This document shows positions 13,136 through 22,738 of a DNA stretch of 64,000 nucleotides, piece after piece; within the stretch, counting starts at the first letter, position 1, and each line of letters begins with the position of its first letter. A program made the translations under genes and the position numbers. The DNA is taken from positions 744,001 to 808,000 of the forward strand of contig JAYWIR010000010.1 in assembly GCA_036172245.1 (NCBI GenBank), given 5' to 3'. This DNA comes from Raillietiella orientalis (taxonomy: Eukaryota). The notes beneath the pieces are model-generated. The model was not told the DNA's origin. It made no database searches and was given only the letters and a program-made list of their open reading frames with translations.

Positions 13136-14849
13136 AGGGGAAAAAGGGGGAGCCGGTCCCTTGGCAACGACGCGGAGACGCAGGAAGTTCGGCGCGAGTT
13201 CCCATTACGAGTCAGACGGAGTCATCTGTAGGTCAGCAGCACGCGGAGCAAAGGTCGCTGATAGAACCGATCTCCGAAACTGGAACAGAAAAAAAAAAAA
13301 AAAATCCCGCCGAATCTTCCTCCAGTTTCCGGTGGACCTTCGTCTTTTGGGTTTTTGCCTGCTTGTTTGGGTGGAGGATTCTCCATTATCCTAAAGGTTT
13401 TTTTTTTTTTTTTATAATCTGTGCATTTTAATTCAATTTCGAAACGAAAACGATCGCTAAGGTATGTTACGTAATACCAAAATTTCACCTGATTCATGTA
13501 CATTCGATTAAATGTATTCATCTGTATTCCACTTGGAACAAAACGTACACAATGTCTTTGAGACGAGGTATTTGAGGACGTGCCTTGAATTGCCAACACC
13601 ACAAATGTTTAGAATGTTTTGGGGGAACGTGCTCAGAGTATTCTCCAAAACTGAGATACATACATATGCATATATTAAAAAAAAAATTTGTATTTGATGC
13701 TGTTAGCGTTGTTTATAGCTTCCGCCACTTTCACTCTCATTTCAGGACGCAGGTTATCGCAAAGACCCCCCCCCCCCTCCCTCGTACGTCGGCCAGCTTT
13801 CGACGCGCGATCGCACGTGGCCGCACGTTCGCGACCTCGGTGCGTGCTGGCATCGCTCGGAAGGCGAGGAGGGTGAAAGGGTCAGATCCGACCAACCACC
13901 CCATCGCCGGCAGAGGCAGCCCTCGTTTCATTCCCGCGCGGCGGCGGCGCTTCGGTCGCCATCCTTTTCGCTGCCGGAGAGCACCCACCCCGCCCCCGAT
14001 CGCAAAACCGTCGCCGAAACGGCAACGAAGCGAGGGACGCGTTCCCCGCAGGGCAAAAGAGCCGCCGCCGCGTTACCCAACCTCAAGGACGCGCGCCCTG
14101 CAGCTCGACCAGCATTGGCTGCTGCCGCTGGCCGACCTTCCCCGGCACTCGTGGCGCTCCTCTGCTGTCTGCCGCCATCCGCTCCGCGGTGCGCCGGCGG
14201 CGTCGCGGGAGAGATTCCCGAACCCCCAGACGACGGGGAGAGGAAGCGGAAGAGCCACGAGATCCGGGTGTGGTTTCCTTCCTGCCCGGATCACGGAGCG
14301 AGTGGCGACCGTGCTCCCGGGACATCCAGCAGCGCGTTTTGAAACGTTCTTGCGGTCGCCCCAGGGATCGGCTTGCGAGCGAAGAAGACGTCTGTCCGAT
14401 CGAGAGGGGGTTCCGCTGTCACTTTGGTTCTGCCCGCCCGGTTGTCTCCGGTAGTCGGTAGTGGTCCGATGCCCGAACTGCGTTGCCGTGGTTCCGGAAC
14501 GTCTTCCAAACTGAGGCGAAAGAGTCCGCCTTGCTCCGACACCCTGTCTGTGCTGCCCATCTCTTCGCTTTCCCGAGCGGTTTCCTTTCCGCAGGAGCCC
14601 AAGGCGCGTTCTTCTAAGCGACTCGCCCACGAGGGTCCATGGACGTGCCAGTCCTCTTGAAACTGTCAGCCGCCTGTTTCCTCAGCTCGCTTCCCGAGCC
14701 ACCAGTTCCTCTTGGCGGCACTGGGTGGAAGTTCCCGCGAGTGTGCCGGTTCAAAAAGCCCTGACCTTGAGCGGCCGAACGGTGGTGCTCTTCGACGGGA
14801 ACGATCGTGCGAGACGGGCGCTTGATGGATTGCTGGAAAGCAAAACCGT

Positions 14850-16000
14850 GATGCGAACGAGGCTCGGTCCTTCCCTTTCTGCTCCGGTAGAGGAGGGGGA
14901 GGAGGAGGCCGCCGTGCGTAAGATGCGAGCGAGAGGAAACGCCTGCGTTTCGTCGCGGGATTTCTTACTCAGCGCAGGAAGAAGGACACTCACATAGGAT
15001 GGTGACGCTTCCCAACGAGCGGCAACAGTGGAGTGCCTAAAGCCTCGGTTTCCTCGGTGCTCCGCTGGCGAAAGCGGTGCTGGACCAAAAACGCTGCACC
15101 TCGCACCTGTGGCGTCTCAGGAACAACGTGGCCGGAATAACCCGGGCTTCACGTTTCCTGACCCATCGAAAGTCAGCGGCGGTCCCCGCGCGCATCCGGG
15201 GGAAAAGACATCGAGCCGAATGGAATCTCCGGAACGTGAAAGAGAAACTGCCCGGTTCCGACGCGGAAACGGAAGGAGGAAAATTCTCCCGAGGGATGGG
15301 ATTTTCTCGGGTGGAGTTTTTCTGGCAGCCGGTAGCTGAACATAGCAGGACATTTTCCGGTTTCTTCCCCCCCCCCCCCCTCTCAGACCGGTGCGGATGC
15401 AAGGTTCTTCTGAGTCCTCAGGTGGAATACTTTGCGTGAGGAGAGTCCTACTGTGGCAACCTCACGGTTCTTCAGCATCGCGCCGTCTCGCACGCCGACT
15501 CGCGTGGTCTCCACCCGACCATTTCGCACCCTTCTCGAGTCGCCCGACGGAGCGCCTGGTACGTGGCAAGGGTCGGGGAATGCAAGAGCCTACGACGTAT
15601 CCATTCTTCCATGTTGCCGAAGGAACTTGGTCCTAAGGGAAGAGAGCAGCAGAAGTGGCACGCGAGTGAGGCCAGCTCTGTCCTCAGTGTCCGCTTCTTG
15701 CTCCCATCCTTCTTCCATCTCCCCGGAGAAGAGGTCGGCGGCATTCGAAAGTCGCTTCCTTTGTTTCCCACTAGAGTCCACTCTTGCTTCCTTCCTGGGC
15801 ACGAGAACGGCCTTCCTCTCCGTCCACTTCGACTCGCACTTGCGTGAAACGGATGCCGCCGGAGTCTTGAAAAGCGTTTTCCAGTGCCAAAAGCGTTGCC
15901 CAGTCCAGGAACGTGCACGGCCCTTTCTCCCCCCCATGGAGCGCTGAGCGTGCAAAGCAAGGCTCTCTGAAGAGCGTGCCCCCCCACCCCCGCCCCCCAT
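14850..16000 (+). mobile_element. Decayed LINE (L1/Tx1-like) RT fragment inside the putative intron of the orphan gene
   Basis: SLSAPVEEGEEEAAVRKMR resembles L..PIT..EI..AI..M (RT motif 0). GKGRGMQEPTTYPFFHVAE resembles G.RQG.P.SP.LF..E. Confidence 0.4.
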
Positions 16001-16689
16001 CCTTCTCTTGACTGCAGGGGCTGCTGCAGTCCACGGGAATCGCTGCGACGTGAACTCGGCGGTGGCTGATTCCCCACAGTAAGAAACCGCCGTGGCTCCA
16101 CCCCCAAACGCACCCTCCTCGCCTCCCTCCACCTCTCGGGAGGGAGTGGCGCAGAAAGCAGCAGCTCCTGGGATTCTACCGATTGCTCGACTTGCCCAAC
16201 TCCAGCAGGGGGTTCCCCGTTCCTCGAAATCGTGTTCCCGCGCATGGGAGTTGCACAGCGCTTCGGAAACGGAACCCGAAATTCTTTTTTTGCTGCAAGC
16301 TCCACAGCTCTGGAGGTTCCTCCAAGCTGTCTGGGTGCTCGCCCGACCCTCCGCTCAGACCGCACAAGGCGCACCCGTCCTCTGTGCCACGAGTGGTGAC
16401 TCCTTTCCGCCGCCGCTCGCGCGGGTCCCATTGCATCCACGGGAGAATCAGTTCGGAATTCCGGCCTCGTTTCCCGCCACTTCTGACTTTTACTGAAACG
16501 TCTTCCCGGCGTGCGAAAGGAACGAAAAGGCACACGGGAACGCTCTGTGCGTGCCTGCAGCTTCCGATGCAGGGATGAGCTTCTCCGCGACCTTCACTTC
16601 GCGATGTCTGTGTGTTCCGAGGAGTTGGACGTCGGGCGGATCAGTACAGGCGCGATCGTCCAGGAGCGGAAGAGTCCGGGTTCACCTAC

Positions 16690-16837
16690 CGTCCATCGGT
16701 TCAGCCAGATACACCAAGTAGATGATCATGACCACGTGGGAGAATATGAGCATCGCCGGAAGTGCGTTGTACCCAGGATCTTTGGACACTGGGTGGTCCT
16801 TGCGGGGGGCCGGGATCGCATTAGCCTCTGCGTATTC
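16690..16837 (-). CDS. Candidate exon encoding EYAEANAIPAPRKDHPVSKDPGYNALPAMLIFSHVVMIIYLVYLAEPMD (hydrophobic helix: TM segment or signal peptide)
   Basis: Acceptor TACTTTTTTCAG (ends at 16838) and donor G|GTAGGT (16689). Only one frame is open. It ends in phase 1, matching the phase of the exon starting at 10615. Confidence 0.6.
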
Positions 16838-16963
16838 CTGAAAAAAGTAGACAACACCGATTGGCAATTTTTCCAAGGGAACGCAGCAGCAGTGCGGCGG
16901 CGGTCCATCGTCTCGCATGATCAAAAGGATGTTTCCCTTTCGATTTGACAGTTCACTTTCGAA

Positions 16964-17122
16964 GTGGTCACCTGCTGGAGGTTGGTGCCATGGTCACCTT
17001 CGCGGCGGAGATCCTCCACAAAGGCTGCCACGGAGGGGTCGCAAAGAATGCCTACTCCTGCGCAGGACACGTTCTCGTTAAAACAAGTGTTCCATGGGAC
17101 GCACCCTGAGCCATTCCAGAGG
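16964..17122. repeat. 159-bp direct repeat, copy 2 (identical to 9131-9289)
   Basis: Identical to copy 1; overlaps candidate exon 16972-17142. Confidence 0.97.
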
Positions 17123-17142
17123 TTGTTGATGAGGTACGCAGT
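16972..17142 (-). CDS. Candidate exon TAYLINNLWNGSGCVPWNTCFNENVSCAGVGILCDPSVAAFVEDLRREGDHGTNLQQ (4 Cys, NGS/NVS sequons; weakly reminiscent of SLC6/SNF extracellular loop 2)
   Basis: Open frame between a TAG acceptor (weak pyrimidine tract) and a CAG|GTGACC donor. Splices in phase 0 to the 16837 exon across a 134-nt intron. Confidence 0.45.
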
Positions 17143-17879
17143 CTAGGTGCGCGCGCGCGCTCGTCTGTTCTGCGTCTCCAGCAGCAGCGTCTCAGAAAGC
17201 AGCAACCCGTTTCTGGAAGATTCCGTTTTCCCCACGTGCCGAACGTTCGAAAGAAACCTACTCGTTGAAGCCCGATGCACCTGGGACGCCTAGGCAGAAA
17301 GGAACGTTTTCCCGGTGGCGGAAGGGGAGAGAGGCTAGACGCCGATCCCCAAAGTTTCTTCAGTAGGTCCCCCTCCAGCTCCCGCAGCCCCATTCGTAAG
17401 TGAACGGCTTATGTGTTGGAACCACGAATGGGTAGCTGCAGTAAAAAGTTTTTGGCAAACCGGGAAAGTGAGTCGTGGGCCGTTGCCGCAGGACGGTGGG
17501 GAGAGAGCGTTGCCGGGGTTCGCAAACGCGTTTGAAGTACGAGCAGGTGAGCATACGCGCCATCTTCCCGTGCAGAGAGATGCCGGCAATCACTGGATCG
17601 CAAGAGGTAAACGGCAGCGAAGGGAACCTTAGTTTGCAACGAATAGCGGCTGTTAACTCGATCACCCCCTCCCCCTTCTCCAGAGAAGGAGGCCTCGGTT
17701 TTTCCTCGGTAATGATGGTGATCCCAGGCGCAAAACGGCCGTGGATGGACTTCCTGGCTACTCCAGCAACGCAAAACAAGCTCCTCAGTGAAAAAAATTC
17801 CTGACCTCCTCCCTCCACGCTGAAACAAGAAAGTCCGCAACTCAAGCCTTAATAATGCCATTCACGCACCGGCGAGGAA

Positions 17880-19060
17880 CACGGTAAACACAGAAGGAAG
17901 AAGACTGTACACACACGTCTGCCGAAAACTGTGCACCATTAAAAAAGTCATTCGTTGGAAGTGAAGAGAGACTGCTGAAGACGCGAGAATTTGTTGTCGA
18001 TGTTGTTGCCAAGATGGACAAGCCAACACGAGAGCGGCGAAGATAGGGTTGGACCCCATTTCCGGTCACATCCGACCTTAGTACATAAGCGGAATAGTTC
18101 TCTCTGTGGGCAATTTCGAGCCAGAGTTTCTTTGACAACCACAAGCAACCAACAAACGCTGGTTTTAGGTGTTAAGAAGGAAATGTTTGAAGTCCTGCTT
18201 GACTCCAATTTCTGCTTCTGGCCTCTTCTGAATCATTCGGGTTGTTGCATCTTCTTCATGTAAAGATCCGACGCTGTTTTCGCAACCACATCTGGAGTTT
18301 GGAGGAAGATTTTTTTTTTTAAAAAAAAAAAAAAATTTTCCTGCTTTCTTTCTGAGTTGAGTGCTGAATAATATCCCGGGCTTTGAAGAACGGCCCACGA
18401 GTAAAGGAGGTTGGACTCTCCAACTTTGAAATAGAATGCCATCATCTATCCGCATCCATCTCCAGAACAGATTGGCGTTAAGTCATCTGGAAGCTCTGGT
18501 CCCTGAGTGCCGGAATCCTCCGAAAGAAATGCCCTGGTGATTTGTATTACGGACGTCCAGAATCCCGTTGCTGCAAGGAAATCTTCAGTCATTTCGGTAG
18601 GCACAAGAATTCCATTTGCATCCTGTACAGCACAGTAAACTTCAGATCTCATCTGCATTCCAATCATCGTAGCTGATGTTTCTCCGTTGATCCCTCTCTC
18701 TTAATGCCTTTTCTTTTTTTAACAGGAGAAAAAACGTATGACGTCTTGGATCAGAGCCTCAGTAACTAAAGAATTCGGTTAAGGAAAATCATTTCAACGT
18801 TCCCTATCGCCTTTGGTGAATATGGGGAAGAAGAACTGCTGATGATAATTGCAATTTTGCTTCATCGTACAATAAATGTGCACCTCGGTAATCATGGCGT
18901 CGTTTCTGTGTATTTCCGTTTTCTACCTGATGTGTCGAAGTTTTCCTTTCTCCCGTAAGGCACACATCTGGTTTTCTTTCTTCCCAAACAAAAGGGTCCA
19001 TAATTTTCTTATTACAAAACGAGCCATTCAGGAATGGAATCGATGTGTGCACTGTACCGC
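17880..19060 (+). mobile_element. Decayed CR1/L2-like LINE 3' fragment
   Basis: QSFFDNHKQ (SFL.NR.Q), TSGVW (SGVPQG) and FLITKRAIQEWN (F..R.I..WN, the CR1/L2 C-terminal motif). Confidence 0.35.
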
Positions 19061-22000
19061 ACGTGTCTTTGCCGCGATGCCTACTTCTCAGTGCGAGAGC
19101 AGCCCCTAAGGGCGTCTTTTCCCCAAAATTTGGAAGTGATTTGCAAATGCTCCGAAAAGAACTTTCAGCTGCTTCCGCGTTCGTCTTGTGTTCCTTCTCG
19201 TGAATTTTGCCACATGGTGGATACCCTGACCCCTTTCTTTCTGAGCTCAACAGTGTATGGACCGCGGTAGCTGGATCGCGTTTTCATCGAATCTTGGGCT
19301 TCAGGCAACAGCATACCGCTATCGGGTCTTGTCTTTGGATCCACTGTACGTTGACCCAGTCCACGGCAGCGAGGCACTAAGGACGTCAGCGTGCTTCCAC
19401 ACCGGAGTCTTTCGGCACATAGAGGGTCCACATCACGAATGTGCTGCTTCCATCTTCAAATGATGTAATTATGATGCTCCTCAGAGGAATGGAGCGCTGT
19501 AGCCCTTTGATTCCATGTAGGCGATGCCTTCTTCAACAGAGTTTTTCTTTTCTTGCGTGCTCAACTTTCATGCTGACTCTTCTTATTCCGAACCACTATT
19601 AGATTGACAACAAGTGGGTCCTATGTGAAGAAAGCAAAAATTGCTGTGAAACATTTAGCAGTGCTGTTTTTGTCTTTCTAAAAGGCAAGATTGCTTAGTA
19701 AGATTCCCAGACCTTGGGAGAGAGAGAGAGAGAAAAAAAACTCAGGTGCCGCACCAATGATCCTCACTCACGCTATTGGAGGTTAGGCCACGGAGGACCA
19801 ATTAATCAGCTCGAAATTGGATTGGCCTTGATTAGTCTCGGCTTCTGATCGTTTTAGGATGACCACAAATATGGCTGCCTAGGTCCGGACGCGGCAAAAC
19901 GGTAAGGAACATCAAACAGTTTCTAGGAATCCCTGATCACGGGAAATGAAACGACCCCCTGCAGAAGGTGTGGTAAAGTGATGGACAGAAAGTGAAAATT
20001 CCCTGAATCAGAGGTCGCTGATCCTCCAAGACTTGGCGGATGAAGCACACACGTGCGTGTCTTGGACCACGAAACGAAAAGAGCGAATTCTGTGGGGTGT
20101 GTCCATCTGTTGTTTTGAGCTTCTTCGGTGTTCTCGACATCCCCTGAATACCTGTGCTGATAAGAATGGACTTTTGACTATTCCAGGAGGACAAAACTGT
20201 GCGCGGTTCAGAATCCTCCAGCGCAACACTGCTCGAGGCAGAGCCATTTCACAGGTGACAGCAATCGCTACGAACGAGGCAGGGTCACCGAATCACATTC
20301 TGTATCCTTTTCCTGTGTTATCGGAGCCTGAGAGTCTCGCGCTCGTTTTCAGGTAAGAGGAAGGAAAAGAAAACAGAAACGCAGAAAGTTAAGGTTCGCA
20401 AACTGCATTTATACAGCAGATGAAGGTCCACGAACCGTCTCAACATCCCTCACTCTCGCGCCAATCTCTGCTTCCTAACATCTTTTCTCTGTGCAGCATT
20501 CTTTATTTCCGCTAGTGGGCAGTCCTAAACAGGCAGTTCGTTCTTATGAGGCTTAGGTCTGATTGCACTATTAAGGAAAACGAGACAGATTCTGTCGGCC
20601 TTTGGCTTGGGTGTTACCAGGAACAGGATCTGGTTAAGTCAGTTTTCAGAAAAGTCTTTCGAGTGGCAATACTGGTGAATTTGGTGCAGACGCTCGTGCA
20701 GAGATAAGTGTGGGAACTGTAGACTGATGTGTGTGCATATGAGTCAAGCACTGACTACATGTGTTTCTCCCTTTGTACATTGCCATGGTAACCCGTCGTT
20801 TGAAACAGGTTCGCTTTGGGGAAGCTTGGTGAACAGCACGTACAATGAAGATCAGCACGAAATGAGCATCTCGGATGGAATGCATGGAAGGTTCATCTTC
20901 GTCCGTTTCTCTTTAGACACATCACCATGGTAACATTATCCAACATCTCTCTTCGTTCGTCACATACATAGAAAGAGAGCGGTACGAAGGTGGGATTCGA
21001 AGTGTGGATCGTGAATTAGGCTTCCCCAGAGATCGACAGAAGTCTGTTTCACAGGGGCAGCCTTTAGATTCCTCGTTCCTTGTGGTTCAAAGACATTTTT
21101 CCATTTCTGGAAACTTCGGTTTTCTCTGCGTTCTTCAGCAGCGATGGACAGCTCTTTTACGTTTATGTCATCATAAGTATCTGTAGAACCCTCTTCTAGA
21201 AGGTTTTCCGGAGTGGTAGCAAACTTTTTGTCCCCTCCACCGGGAGTTTCGTGCGCAAAGTTTACGAGACAGAAATTTGGAGTGGCAGCGAATTATCAGA
21301 ATGTAATCTTTTGTGTGTGCCATGTGTGAAGGCCCCAACAGACACGATGACCGCTCGTCATCAACCATAACTAACAAGATGCTTCAAAGATGTTCTCTAT
21401 GATAATGTCTTTTTGGGAGAATTGCATGAAAATTGAAGCAAATGAAACGAATGGCCATCGTAAACACAGATTTAGTCATCTACACACACATGTATGGATG
21501 TATAATTATTTATTTGCCCATGTAGGAACATGTATATATGTACATATCTGTGCATTTACGTACATGAATGAGTTTTCGATGTGAATTTTTTTCCCGATCA
21601 CGTGATCATGTGCGTACGGCTTCAAAAATCCTCAGCACGATGACAAATATGTGCTGTACTGCTCACTTTAACGTACCCGATGTTTGGAATCCATCATCTT
21701 TAAATCTCATCTCCGGGATCCACTCTTTGATCGTTTTCGCCGTTCTCCTTAACCCAGTTCGTTTCGACGACAAAACGACTCCATCCCAGGGGACCGGACT
21801 CCCTCGATCCCGGAGGTGGGCTACCTCTTTGCCGCCACAGACCTCGGGTTACCCATAGTTGATTTACAGCTTGTTTCGTCGCCTCGAAACTAGTGCCATG
21901 TCTTTTCCCATGGCCTTAAGAAGAGTGCACTCACAAAATCGAGCGGTGTTGGCAAGATAAATAGGAGACCCTTATTGCTTGAATCCCTCCGAGTTCAAGA

Positions 22001-22556
22001 CAAAAGCAAGCAAACGAACAAACAAAAAAGGATTGCCCGTGAGAGCAGGACAGTTTCGAGAGTCCACACGCTTCCCATATTACGATCGTTTCCATAAACT
22101 GCATATCCTCTCAGGGTAAGACGCATGCATTCAGCAGCTTTCTGGAAAACCTTTTGGGGACTGAGATCTGCTACAGCCAGCCTCAGCTCCAAGACGACAC
22201 TTGTTTTGAACAAAGTTTACGTTGGCGCGGCGTCCTACCAGCTCACAGGCTGAGTGCGTAGAGAGCGCCTCGACGATTGCGGTCACGTTGCTGTGCACGC
22301 ATGATAGGCGTAGTGCACTAACCGGAAACAGCCACATGTAAAGATTAGATAAATTTGTGTCTGCTTTACAAGAGCAACCGCTCGAACGACCAGTGTTAAC
22401 ATCACCAACATGGGTTAGCTAAGAAGGCAGACGAAAGCTGGGGAGGAGGGAGGAAAAGCGGCGTGCATTCTTCATGATGGAAAAAAAAAAAATAAATATC
22501 CGTCAACAGCTTCTTGCAATGAATGAAGTTCAAAAGGTCCCCGCCTCCAGTATGGC

Positions 22557-22738
22557 TTCAGCGAGGTCGAAGTGCACGGGCATCATAGCGGCCAGCAATG
22601 CAATATAAACGTGCAGAGTAAGCGACTTGGAACTGGCACCCCTGACGTCCGGCAAACGTCCTGAGCCGCTCGCCACGTATTTTCTGGTCGCATTGTTGGC
22701 CGCCATGCTGCCCGCGCGCTTTGACGTCACGCTGCGAA
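22557..22738. repeat. Imperfect inverted repeat (about 60-bp arms), possible old MITE/foldback
   Basis: The reverse complement of the left arm, GCATTGCTGGCCGCTATGATGCCCGTGCACTTCGACCTC, aligns with the right arm GCATTGTTGGCCGCCATGCTGCCCGCGCGCTTTGACGTC. Confidence 0.8.

Noticed and set aside
9131..17122. LTR retrotransposon or CRISPR interpretation of the 159-bp repeats
   Set aside because: No TG...CA termini, PBS/PPT, gag/pol or TSD; only two long copies and no spacer array.
20591..20612. TCGGCCTTTGGCT, resembling U2 snRNA stem-loop I
   Set aside because: No branch-point recognition sequence (GTGTAGTA) or Sm site follows, and it is far from the Utopia element.
20970..21040. TTCGAATCCC on the minus strand (tRNA/SINE-like)
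   Set aside because: No A-box or cloverleaf, and no second copy in the window.
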